A DNA stretch of 58,281 nucleotides from a virus (taxonomy: Duplodnaviria; Heunggongvirae; Uroviricota; Caudoviricetes). Location: the IMG/VR virus record IMGVR_UViG_3300012942_000032, positions 1 to 58,281 of that record; one strand, 5' to 3'. The position numbers and the translations under genes are program-made. The notes below the pieces were generated by a model. It was not told the DNA's origin. It saw nothing but the letters and a program-made list of their open reading frames with translations, and did no database searches. The first letter of the stretch is position 1, and each line of letters begins with the position of its first letter. Positions 27,205-35,103 of the stretch are shown here, piece by piece.

Positions 27205-28302
27205 TTAGGCTTCCGCAAGTAGGTATTGCTTGCTGATACTCTTGAAAGACGGAACATTACCATCCTGCACGTCGAGGGACTTAAACACAAGACCTTCGCG
27301 TGCAGTTTCTGCGAGCTGTGATTGACCGTCAGCTTCATTGATGATATGCTCGATATCGACACCATCCAGCATCACACTTCCGATCACAGGCGCAGTTTTC
27401 ACTTCCAAGCCAGTCGATTCCATCAGCTGAATGAACAGCTGACGTTCAGGAAAGGCCATATAACGCTGGAAGTTACCAACGAACACGTCGAACACACGAA
27501 TCTCGGTTTCGGTCAGACCGTAGATGTTGCCCTGAATGTTCGGACCAATCAGCTCACCGCGGATAGCAATCATCGGCGGCTCTTCGGGCATAACTTCCTT
27601 GCCCATATCGTGGTATTGTTTCAGGAAGTCGAGAAAACCGCTCTTCTTTGCAGCATCGACGAAAGCATTGCCTTCCTGTTCCAGCTTCAGGTCCATGTTA
27701 CGCGAAGTAACGCCAACATCACCTTCACGGTTCACGTACAAGGTGATCGAAGAACCTTCCAACTTCTCCTCAACCACAAAGCCCGACTTGAAGTAACCAC
27801 GATTCTCGAAGCTGCGGTAGCAATTCTGGATGCGCTCTTGATCCGTCTTGGGAATCCAGTGCGGATAGTTGCCGCGAATCAGACCTGCCAGCGACGCATG
27901 GATCTTCGGTTCGTATTTGTATACGCCCAGAAGTTCGTCGAGTTGAGCATCTGCACCAACGGTCAGTTCAGCTTGGATATGTTCTTCCGTAATCTCGGGA
28001 AACTGACTGAGCGGAAGAGCGAGTCCTTGCGAAATCTGACCACGCAACTTTACGGTGCGAAGACGTGCGCCCAGACCCTTCTCGAACTGCTTGCCCTGCT
28101 TGTCGATCAGGAACTTGAACTGGGGAAGGTCCGGAAGAATCGAATCAATTTCGAAGAACACGCAAAGATCTCCGATCTTGAATTCACCCTTCTTCGACAC
28201 AACCTGCCAGCCATCGACATTCAAGACCTCGATAGCATCAGCATTGGGAATCGGATCAATTCGACCTACTTCACGAATTGTTACCAGCTTGCGCTCAGAC
28301 AT
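27205..28302 (-). CDS. RNA ligase, DRB0094/Rnl2-like family
   Basis: N-terminal OB-like PIPNADAIE..VDGWQVV..KG; KTDQERIQN; EKLEGSS; REGLVFK; SFKSIS. Confidence 0.92.
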   Translation of the reverse strand: MSERKLVTIREVGRIDPIPNADAIEVLNVDGWQVVSKKGEFKIGDLCVFFEIDSILPDLPQFKFLIDKQGKQFEKGLGARLRTVKLRGQISQGLALPLSQFPEITEEHIQAELTVGADAQLDELLGVYKYEPKIHASLAGLIRGNYPHWIPKTDQERIQNCYRSFENRGYFKSGFVVEEKLEGSSITLYVNREGDVGVTSRNMDLKLEQEGNAFVDAAKKSGFLDFLKQYHDMGKEVMPEEPPMIAIRGELIGPNIQGNIYGLTETEIRVFDVFVGNFQRYMAFPERQLFIQLMESTGLEVKTAPVIGSVMLDGVDIEHIINEADGQSQLAETAREGLVFKSLDVQDGNVPSFKSISKQYLLAEA

Positions 28303-28687
28303 CGTTGCCCACCTCAATTGCTTCAAGATCGTAGTAACCGGAATTATCATCTTTGATGGTGTCTTCCAATGCACTATTGATCTCGAAGATCTGATTATGC
28401 AGTTCGTTGAACCCTTCCGACTTGTTCTTGAACACCTGCAGTTCTTCTTCGCTCAAGCCAGCCATTTCCGCCATCTCAAGGAAGAACTCGAAGTTGGGCT
28501 TGGAACCCGAGATCTCGTCTAAAGCAACCGCTTTGCTAAGTGCAAGCCTCATCAGAAACAAGACACAGTTCAGATCAGAAGCAAAAACGCCTACAGGCAG
28601 ATCGTCCTTGATGGTCTCGAGATCGATGAAATCGTTCAATTCTTTCACGATAACGTCGAACGCACGAGCCTTGGTGTTAATATTCAT
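28295..28687 (-). CDS. acidic hypothetical protein
   Basis: ORF; paralog-like with the next gene. Confidence 0.65.
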   Translation of the reverse strand: MNINTKARAFDVIVKELNDFIDLETIKDDLPVGVFASDLNCVLFLMRLALSKAVALDEISGSKPNFEFFLEMAEMAGLSEEELQVFKNKSEGFNELHNQIFEINSALEDTIKDDNSGYYDLEAIEVGNDV

Positions 28688-28741
28688 GGAATTCATCCTA
28701 TATGAAAGGGGAGACCTGTTACAATCTCCCCTTGAGAGAAA

Positions 28742-29128
28742 TTAGTGAATGCTTCGATTGACGCTCTTGACCCAGTCGCTATCTTCGTAATCGTCCAGGG
28801 TATTGTTAGCGATAGTATTGAGTTCTAGTACAAGACCATGAACCCTGTTTGCACCTTCCTGGAACATCCTGTTATTGAAGTCATCTGCCGGAGGCTTATG
28901 GAAACTGGGAGGAGTCTCGCACAAACTGTCGAACGCTGCTGCTTTTGCCTGGAGAACCCGAACAACCGCCAAACACCTGTTGGTACTGTTATCATCAACA
29001 CCAAACGGAAGAATTGCCTTCGTTCCGCTCTTCATCAATTCTTCATAAAGCCTAAGCCAAGAATCGGATTCACTTTCCAGGCTTCCGATATTTGAGTACA
29101 AGTCCGAAAAATCCTCTTTTACGCTCAT
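28742..29128 (-). CDS. acidic hypothetical protein
   Basis: KA(R/A)AFD motif shared with the neighbour. Confidence 0.65.
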   Translation of the reverse strand: MSVKEDFSDLYSNIGSLESESDSWLRLYEELMKSGTKAILPFGVDDNSTNRCLAVVRVLQAKAAAFDSLCETPPSFHKPPADDFNNRMFQEGANRVHGLVLELNTIANNTLDDYEDSDWVKSVNRSIH

Positions 29129-29131
29129 TTC

Positions 29132-29620
29132 TTATTTTCCCGATTCAAAGTTCCAATTGTTTTTCACCAGATCAATGTATATCTCTTGGAAGAGTTTTCC
29201 ATGACCTGAGTTCGGACTATCTTTGATGCTTTGCTTATTATGGAACTTTAGCCTCTTTTCATTCCGCATCGGGTATAACTCTACACAATGAGCAAGTTCA
29301 TGACAAACAAGCCTAAAAATGTAGAACTTCCAATTCTTTGTGGGCGCCGCTCCTATCAACGGATGATGTTCGTAGTCTTCATACTCGAACAAATCAATCT
29401 CTTCACCTTTCAGGCATGCACTCTTGCACATACCATAATTGATAGCAAGATTGATAAAAGGCTTTCCTCCGTCTTTGATACCTCCCCAAGAATACAACCG
29501 CCTGTCATCGAAAGAAACAAACTTCTGAACTTCAAATTTTCTAAGCCTGTATTTCCTTCTGATGTAAGAAGTCAGCTTATCAATTTGCTTTTCAGTGTAG
29601 TCTCGAATTCTTCCTTTCAT
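29132..29620 (-). CDS. SprT-like zincin domain protein
   Basis: HELAH...HGKLF (HExxH plus distal His). Confidence 0.6.
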   Translation of the reverse strand: MKGRIRDYTEKQIDKLTSYIRRKYRLRKFEVQKFVSFDDRRLYSWGGIKDGGKPFINLAINYGMCKSACLKGEEIDLFEYEDYEHHPLIGAAPTKNWKFYIFRLVCHELAHCVELYPMRNEKRLKFHNKQSIKDSPNSGHGKLFQEIYIDLVKNNWNFESGK

Positions 29621-29724
29621 CGCTAGATTTTCTTATTTTACTTGAATATTTTACACTCAAGCATATAGGTAAGTCTACGACTTATCAACAAACATAGCAG
29701 GATTATTAGGGCAGTGATCACGTG

Positions 29725-29982
29725 TTACTTCTGGATGTAGAAATTATTAAATTCTTCGCCAGTATAACGATTCCTTAGACTCCAGTCTTCCTCAATGTCT
29801 ACAACAGAGGCAAGAGCATAATAAACATTAGAGCAAGAATCCACATCAGGACCAGACATCTTTCCCAAGATAAAACGAAGGTGCTTCGCTTCTTCTTTGG
29901 TAATGAAGAGATTGTATCCCTTGCAGACTTCTTCAGTGATAGTCTTTTCAACAATCTCATTCACGGCACTAATCTTATCCAT
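29725..29982 (-). CDS. hypothetical protein
   Basis: ORF. Confidence 0.6.
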   Translation of the reverse strand: MDKISAVNEIVEKTITEEVCKGYNLFITKEEAKHLRFILGKMSGPDVDSCSNVYYALASVVDIEEDWSLRNRYTGEEFNNFYIQK

Positions 29983-30189
29983 TTACTTGTTCCTAATTTC
30001 ACGGAGGTGGGAAATAAAATACTCTGCATTGCCTGTCACGGATTCTAGACCTCTGAACCTACGTTTGGTCTTTGATGCAGATTTTAGAAACCTATATTGA
30101 GGGTGCTTCTTGGTATCACACTCGAACATCTTTCGAGTAGCCCATTCCCTCTTACCATCCTTCCAAATCTCTCGGTATTCGAATTGCAT
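29983..30189 (-). CDS. basic hypothetical protein
   Basis: ORF, first in its operon. Confidence 0.6.
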   Translation of the reverse strand: MQFEYREIWKDGKREWATRKMFECDTKKHPQYRFLKSASKTKRRFRGLESVTGNAEYFISHLREIRNK

Positions 30190-30203
30190 TCTAGGCTCCT
30201 AAA

Positions 30204-30264
30204 TTGCTTAAGGGCGTTGCGTTAACCCTTAAGCAATGTTAAGATCTTACTTGAAATTTGTCAA
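30204..30264 (-). promoter_or_regulatory. sigma70 promoter with an 11-bp inverted repeat over the start site
   Basis: TTGACA-17nt-TAACAT (30236-30264); TTGCTTAAGGG/CCCTTAAGCAA. Confidence 0.7.
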
Positions 30265-30285
30265 TGATGTTTCAATAACGCTTAA

Positions 30286-30576
30286 TCAAACGTCATGAGT
30301 TAGAGAATTCAAATCATCAAATGAGATATACAAAATATCACAATTCTCATCTTCATAACTATCGAGAAACTTCACACTCGGAACATCAAGATCATCTTCT
30401 TGAAGCTCGGCAAGACTGTCATATAGATTCTCAAACAAAGAAACTGAACCTAGATCTTTATCGTCTTCATCTACATAATTCAGTAAGGCTAGAATCTTGA
30501 TTGCTTGAACCTTGGTTACCTGAAGATTGATGATATCTTTGGTATCGATCAACGAAATTACATTATTCATAATCAC
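30286..30576 (-). CDS. acidic hypothetical protein
   Basis: ORF. Confidence 0.6.
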   Translation of the reverse strand: MIMNNVISLIDTKDIINLQVTKVQAIKILALLNYVDEDDKDLGSVSLFENLYDSLAELQEDDLDVPSVKFLDSYEDENCDILYISFDDLNSLTHDV

Positions 30577-31022
30577 TCCGAATAGATTGCACTATTTGCA
30601 CCATGTTCTGAAACTTCTACAGATATCAATCTACAACGAGGACTGAAACCTGCATCTTCTAACCATTGCTTAGTTACCTGAAACACCATTTCAGAGAACC
30701 TTTCACATCCTGCATAAGGAAGTTCTACGAGACGCAGAATACCACGGGCATCAGCTTCACGAAACCAGTCGATCTCGGGATCGTCATACGATACCAAAGT
30801 CGTATGATCGAAATTTGCACGAAGAATATCTTTCAGATCGTCAAGACCACCAAAGTCGACAACCCAATTCCTTTCATCGAGCGTATCAGTTTCAAACACA
30901 AACTTGAAACCGAGAGCATATCCATGAATCAACCTACAATGCGAATCGTGCGCCCTCCATTGACGAAAAGCACAACTGAAACCTCTATCATTACCGTATG
31001 TCTTTGTGGAACGATATGTCAT
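30573..31022 (-). CDS. queD: 6-carboxytetrahydropterin synthase (QueD-like)
   Basis: CAFRQWRA.SHCRLIHGY, NWVVDFGGL, FDHT, GCERFSE, VEVSEHGANSAIY. Confidence 0.88.
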   Translation of the reverse strand: MTYRSTKTYGNDRGFSCAFRQWRAHDSHCRLIHGYALGFKFVFETDTLDERNWVVDFGGLDDLKDILRANFDHTTLVSYDDPEIDWFREADARGILRLVELPYAGCERFSEMVFQVTKQWLEDAGFSPRCRLISVEVSEHGANSAIYSE

Positions 31023-31024
31023 TC

Positions 31025-31867
31025 TTAAACTCCAAACTTTAATGGACGAAATGGTGGTAGATGTGACGGACGTTCACCTGGATATCCCCTAGGATTGACA
31101 TGAACATTACATTCACCAATCTTATAACTAAACAGGTTATGGACGTGTCCGTGAATCCAATGCTTCAAGTTAGGGTGGTCAAGCATTAAGTCACTCAAAT
31201 CGCTCACGTAGTTCATGTTGCCGTATTTGTCATCTTTATACGATTCGTGGATACTAAGATGACTTGGACCATGATGCGTGAACACTACACAGATCTTGTC
31301 CTCGTGCTTCTTCAATTCTTTCTTGATGAAGTCGACAGCTTTGATGTGTAGCCCAATTGTAGTATCTACGCGAAGTTTTCTGTAGCCGTTTTTAGATTCC
31401 CTAATGACTTTATAATCGGCCATCAACATAGGAGCATGGTATTTCCCAATAGGATCACCTTTACCTATATCAGTCCACAGAGTCGTACCAATGAAGGCTA
31501 CATTGTTATAGACCAATGTTTCATTCTGAACAACATGAATATTGCCAAATACTTCAGTGGCAGCTCTTAGTTTATCTTCATCAGAAGGAAGAGCGCCGCT
31601 ATAGTATTCATGATTGCCAGGAACATACAGGACATGCGCAAAGTTTTCTGAACAATTCTTCCAGAACTCATATTGCTTATGAGCACGACGAGCCTCAATG
31701 ATATCACCTGCAAGGATCAAAACATCAGCAGGCGGATCGAAGAATTCCTGATTGATATCTCCGAAATCTAAATGAAGATCTGAAGCAAATGCAACCTGCA
31801 CAAATCCATTGCTCAATTGCCGCTTGTTATCTAGAACCACAGGAGGGAGAGCAGCAAGAGCCGTCAT
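31025..31867 (-). CDS. calcineurin-like metallophosphoesterase
   Basis: SDLHLDF, LAGDI, GNHEYY, THHGP, WIHGHVH, NPRGYP. Confidence 0.9.
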   Translation of the reverse strand: MTALAALPPVVLDNKRQLSNGFVQVAFASDLHLDFGDINQEFFDPPADVLILAGDIIEARRAHKQYEFWKNCSENFAHVLYVPGNHEYYSGALPSDEDKLRAATEVFGNIHVVQNETLVYNNVAFIGTTLWTDIGKGDPIGKYHAPMLMADYKVIRESKNGYRKLRVDTTIGLHIKAVDFIKKELKKHEDKICVVFTHHGPSHLSIHESYKDDKYGNMNYVSDLSDLMLDHPNLKHWIHGHVHNLFSYKIGECNVHVNPRGYPGERPSHLPPFRPLKFGV

Positions 31868-31869
31868 GA

Positions 31870-32220
31870 TTAATGTCCTTTATATTGGGGCAGATTCTTT
31901 TCTTTCTTGAGCCTCTTTGTGGCAACCTTCATAGCTTCACGGTCGATAGCTTCCATGGTTGCTTTAGTAAGGGCTTCTTCCCAATGTTGATCAATGAGCT
32001 TCTGGATTGTTGCTTGTGCTTCGTCACTATCAAAGTGAGCGTTGAGCATATCACGAATTTTAATGAACGTTGGACCTGGTTTTGAATTCCAGTATGATCC
32101 ATCGCGCATCTGCTCATTTAGTTGAGCACGCACAATATCTTCAGAACGCTTGCGAAAATCATTCTTCAAAGTAGATTGAATGCTTTGAAGATCTAAAGAA
32201 AGATCAAGTTTAAAATCCAT
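31870..32220 (-). CDS. helical hypothetical protein
   Basis: start trimmed to MDFKLD because the longer ORF runs through tRNAs. Confidence 0.65.
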   Translation of the reverse strand: MDFKLDLSLDLQSIQSTLKNDFRKRSEDIVRAQLNEQMRDGSYWNSKPGPTFIKIRDMLNAHFDSDEAQATIQKLIDQHWEEALTKATMEAIDREAMKVATKRLKKEKNLPQYKGH

Positions 32221-32237
32221 AATATACTCTTCAGAAT

Positions 32238-32315
32238 TGGCACACCCAGTGGGACTCGAACCCACATCATTCAGATTGAAAGTCTGAGATCCTATTCCAA
32301 TTAGACGATGAGTGC
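32238..32315 (-). tRNA. trnE: tRNA-Glu(TTC)
   Basis: cloverleaf; TCAGA-CTTTCAA-TCTGA; encoded CCA. Confidence 0.95.
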
Positions 32316-32322
32316 ATACAAA

Positions 32323-32397
32323 TGGCGGGATATAAGGGAATCGAACCCTTGCCACCGGATAGACAGTCCAGTATTCTTGCCGTTAAACTAATATCCC
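32323..32397 (-). tRNA. trnD: tRNA-Asp(GTC)
   Basis: loop CT-GTC-TA (U37); CCA. Confidence 0.93.
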
Positions 32398-32403
32398 ATT
32401 CAA

Positions 32404-32479
32404 TGGTAGCGGGTGCAGGACTTGAACCTGCAACCTCCGGATTATGAGTCCGGCGATCTGCCAATTGATCTAACCCGCT
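32404..32479 (-). tRNA. trnM: tRNA-Met(CAT), initiator-like D-stem
   Basis: CCGGA-CTCATAA-TCCGG; A11; CCA. Confidence 0.9.
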
Positions 32480-32486
32480 GTAAAAT

Positions 32487-32561
32487 TGGTCAGGGCTGAG
32501 AGAATCGAACTCCCTTGCATCACGTTCCAAACGTGCGGATCAACCAATGAACCAAACCCTG
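32487..32561 (-). tRNA. trnP: tRNA-Pro(TGG)
   Basis: loop TT-TGG-AA (A37); CCA. Confidence 0.92.
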
Positions 32562-32574
32562 AGGCTGGAAAGAA

Positions 32575-32635
32575 TTGCAGTTCCTTCCGTATAACTTGAT
32601 TACGGACAAGTCTTAAACCTTTGATCCCGCTGCAA
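32575..32635 (-). ncRNA. candidate structured leader (possible pseudoknot)
   Basis: TTGCAG/CTGCAA, TCCGTA/TACGGA, ACTTG/CAAGT. Confidence 0.35.
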
Positions 32636-32647
32636 CAGTATCTTTAT

Positions 32648-32676
32648 ATAGTAACTTCAAATCATCTGCAAATCAA
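32648..32676 (-). promoter_or_regulatory. sigma70 promoter within the tRNA array
   Basis: TTGATT-17nt-TACTAT. Confidence 0.6.
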
Positions 32677-32704
32677 TCTGATTTACGATAATTCATCTAA
32701 AACA

Positions 32705-32809
32705 ATGACTGCACTTTTCGATCCGCATCTCTGATACGCTTGTATAGGATCTCTAAGTGAGGCTAGCACAGAGAACATAAGCTGCCGTGGTCAACTCCAC
32801 CTGCGTCAT
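32705..32809 (-). ncRNA. candidate 105-nt multibranch RNA
   Basis: ATGAC/GTCAT, GTGG/CCAC, GGC-AGC/GCT-GCC, GATCC/GGATC, CACTT/AAGTG; loop-loop TCTCTG/CAGAGA. Confidence 0.5.
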
Positions 32810-32816
32810 ATTAAAC

Positions 32817-32894
32817 TGGAAGGGGCACTGGGATTCGAACCCAGGAATGCAGGAATCAAAATCCTGTGCCTTAGACCAACTTGGCTATACCCCA
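32817..32894 (-). tRNA. trnQ: tRNA-Gln(TTG)
   Basis: CAGGA-TTTTGAT-TCCTG; U1:U72 mismatch and U73; CCA. Confidence 0.9.
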
Positions 32895-32902
32895 GCAATC
32901 TC

Positions 32903-33040
32903 TTAAAAGCCGAACTTACTTGCCGTTTGAAGCTGAACTTTAAGCTCCAAAGCTTTCAAAAGAATATGAAGGTCGTTACTACTCTTTGCACGAGCGATAA
33001 GATCATCAATCTCCGCAATGATTGGATTTACTTCTTGCAT
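32903..33040 (-). CDS. 45-aa hypothetical protein
   Basis: hand-translated MQEVNPIIAEIDDLIARAKSS...ASKFGF. Confidence 0.55.
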   Translation of the reverse strand: MQEVNPIIAEIDDLIARAKSSNDLHILLKALELKVQLQTASKFGF

Positions 33041-33043
33041 AAT

Positions 33044-33280
33044 TTAACCTTGGTGTTTAAAGAACTCAATTTCACGTTCTTGTTTTGCAACCCATTCTAC
33101 ACTAGGTTTACCTTCACCATCATAATAACGGAGTGGCTTACCTGAAGTCTTAGAAACAATTGCCCACTTACCATTCACTTGCTTTAGGTGCTCAAAAAGA
33201 GTTCGATACTCTTCGAAATTAACCACCTTGGGAATCTGATCCGTCATGAATGCCATCTCCCATTCCGGTACTAATACCAC
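33044..33280 (-). CDS. conserved T4-like hypothetical protein (possible internal head protein)
   Basis: NFEEY..LFE followed by LKQVNGKWAIVSK..GKP...KQER.I.FFK; true start may be MTDQIPK. Confidence 0.65.
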   Translation of the reverse strand: MVLVPEWEMAFMTDQIPKVVNFEEYRTLFEHLKQVNGKWAIVSKTSGKPLRYYDGEGKPSVEWVAKQEREIEFFKHQG

Positions 33281-33297
33281 CCTGAGTGAAATTATCC

Positions 33298-33420
33298 TCA
33301 GGCAACATTAGAGACAATCCATGAAGTAACCCGAACTTGAATATTCTTTGCCCATTGCGGCTGCGGAACAGTCCAACCGATGAAAGCACCTAGAACAACA
33401 CCAGCAAATAGAGTGAACAT
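33298..33420 (-). CDS. 40-aa membrane protein
   Basis: AGGAGAG RBS; MFTLFAGVVLGAFIGWTVPQPQWAK... Confidence 0.7.
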   Translation of the reverse strand: MFTLFAGVVLGAFIGWTVPQPQWAKNIQVRVTSWIVSNVA

Positions 33421-33488
33421 CTCTTTCTCCTGTTAAAAGCGCGTCTTGGTTAGTGTCCATACAGCTAGGCATTAAACGCGCTATAAAT

Positions 33489-33562
33489 TGGTGGACCGTC
33501 GGGGAATCGAACCCCGGTCTCAGCCTTGCAAAGGCCGCATAATCCCGTTATACTAACAGCCC
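33489..33562 (-). tRNA. trnA: tRNA-Ala(TGC)
   Basis: G3:U70 pair; loop TT-TGC-AA; CCA. Confidence 0.93.
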
Positions 33563-33567
33563 AAATT

Positions 33568-33642
33568 TGGAGCGGGATAGGAGAATCGAACTCCTTTACA
33601 TCTGCTTGGAAGGCAGTGGATCAACCAATGACCCAATCCCGC
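33568..33642 (-). tRNA. trnG: tRNA-Gly(TCC)
   Basis: loop CT-TCC-AA; U73; CCA. Confidence 0.93.
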
Positions 33643-34159
33643 GTTTTAACCTAATCGATTCTGCAATCTTTCGTTTATGCTCTTCTGATTTAGGTTTATT
33701 CTTTAACGCTCTACTTACCTTTTGACCTCTAACTTCATTAGTGCGCTTGTTAGCTTCTGAAATAAGCAACCTTGCTGCATCTGAAGTTTTATGACCTTTA
33801 TTCTTTTGACTGATCTTTAATTTAGTCTGATCAGTGTGTTTCTGTCCTTTGAATTTAACAATTCCAGTGTCATTGATAAAACTAAATCCACCTTCACCGC
33901 CGATCTTCAAATTGTAGGTATCTTTTCTAGATACAAATTCTTTGGTTACAATCTCTCTTTCCTTAGAGAACATCAATTCTTCGTTTTCGAAATATTCTAA
34001 TATCTGTTTATCAAAGTTTTCAAGACCATATTTGGAAATAGCATTCTTTAATAGCTTGCCAGATCCTATGTAATTATCATCAAGATTTTTGGTCTTGTGA
34101 ACGCCTACATAAATCTTTCCATTTATTCTGTTTGTAACTTGATACAAATAATAGAACAT
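33596..34159 (-). mobile_element. free-standing GIY-YIG homing endonuclease (Seg-like, NUMOD3)
   Basis: YYLYQVTN..NGKIYVGVH, Y.GSG; NUMOD3-like GQKHTDQTKLKIS; 3' end overlaps tRNA-Gly. Confidence 0.9.
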
Positions 34160-34160
34160 C

Positions 34161-34523
34161 TTAAAACAATTCTTCTAAAGAACCTTTTATATGCACATGA
34201 GTATATAGCCCTTCTTCCTTAGCTATTTTGATCATATGCAAAGTCCCTTTAGACTTTCCGTCCCAAACAGCAATCAATGCATCTGCATATTTTGCCATTT
34301 GTTGATTGCGAATATAACCTGCCCTTTTGCCTTCGTGCATCCAATCTGCAGGAAAATATTTAATCGGCACATCATGTTTCTGTGCCCAAATTTCTCCCTG
34401 TCGATCTACACCAATAGCAGTTCCAGAAACAACCTCCGTTATATTAAATCCAGATAAGCGAATTGCTCTTTCTACAGATTCGTATTCTTTGATTGTTCGT
34501 GTACCAGCAATTATTGTTCGCAT
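34161..34523 (-). CDS. SLOG-family protein (DUF2493/YspA-like)
   Basis: IIAGTR, VVSGTAIGVD, PADW...AG.IRN.QM, WDGKSKGT..MI. Confidence 0.85.
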   Translation of the reverse strand: MRTIIAGTRTIKEYESVERAIRLSGFNITEVVSGTAIGVDRQGEIWAQKHDVPIKYFPADWMHEGKRAGYIRNQQMAKYADALIAVWDGKSKGTLHMIKIAKEEGLYTHVHIKGSLEELF

Positions 34524-34532
34524 ATCAATATC

Positions 34533-34610
34533 TGGTGGACTACCTGGGACTCGAACCCAGAACCTTCCGATTAAGAGTCGGATACTCTAGACCAATTGAG
34601 TTAGTAGTCC
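34533..34610 (-). tRNA. trnK: tRNA-Lys(CTT)
   Basis: TCCGA-CTCTTAA-TCGGA; CCA. Confidence 0.95.
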
Positions 34611-34617
34611 GTATTCT

Positions 34618-34929
34618 TTACTTACCGAAAACATCTTCTAGATCAACACCAACCATATTTGCAATGGCCTTCAGAAGTGCGACCTTCTCATCTATTTCAC
34701 AGTCAGGTTGCCCAGTCTTTTCATCAAGTTCCTTAGCCTTCTTAAGAAGTTCCTTGATCTCTTCAATATCCTTTTTCAGGGCATTGAATTCTTCACGAGT
34801 AGGTGCAACACCAGGAACCAGCTTCGAAAAATCAGGAAGTGATTTGGGATCTATAGTATCAGGAATCCAAGGATATTGCTGTGGAAGTTTGTCCCTGTAA
34901 TGATCACCAACCATTGACACAAAACACAT
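34618..34929 (-). CDS. conserved hypothetical protein
   Basis: C.VSMVGDHY...EF..LK..IEEIKELL..A...D..TGQPDCE. Confidence 0.7.
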   Translation of the reverse strand: MCFVSMVGDHYRDKLPQQYPWIPDTIDPKSLPDFSKLVPGVAPTREEFNALKKDIEEIKELLKKAKELDEKTGQPDCEIDEKVALLKAIANMVGVDLEDVFGK

Positions 34930-34942
34930 AATCTATCCTTTC

Positions 34943-35020
34943 TGGGGAGAACGACGGGACTCGAACCCGCAAGGACCTGATTCACAGTCAGGTGTGTCTA
35001 CCAATTCCACCACGTTCAAC
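34943..35020 (-). tRNA. trnH: tRNA-His(GTG) with a mismatched acceptor end
   Basis: CCTGA-CTGTGAA-TCAGG; G-1/C73; U1:C72 and U2:U71 mismatches. Confidence 0.85.
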
Positions 35021-35028
35021 TCAATTTA

Positions 35029-35103
35029 TTAGGGTGCCTGCTTCGGCACCTCCACCACCTGGTTATTTGTCCAGGAACACACAGTAGGGCAACGACTCCC
35101 TAA
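35029..35103 (-). ncRNA. candidate structured RNA upstream of tRNA-His
   Basis: TTAGGG/CCCTAA, CCTGG/CCAGG, GGTGCC/GGCACC; extended -10 TG-T-TACAAT at 35115-35123. Confidence 0.45.

Noticed and set aside
27322-28356. Long antisense ORFs (also 16661-17314, 38975-39994, 45022-45768, 55207-56040)
   Set aside because: They mirror well-supported minus-strand genes, and biased codon use keeps the antisense frame open; there are no motifs or RBS.
27900-28500. Apparent GATC enrichment
   Set aside because: The impression comes from small hand-inspected stretches and can be explained by GAT/ATC codon use; it needs a Markov-corrected k-mer count.
32705-32809. Twister, hammerhead or ZTP-riboswitch identity
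   Set aside because: Only fragments match (UACAAGC, AAAAGUGCAG, GUGG..CCAC); the required cores are missing, so it is left unassigned.
33438-33482. AGCGCGT/ACGCGCT hairpin after tRNA-Ala
   Set aside because: Followed by a U-run, so most simply a terminator or processing stem; too small to call an ncRNA.
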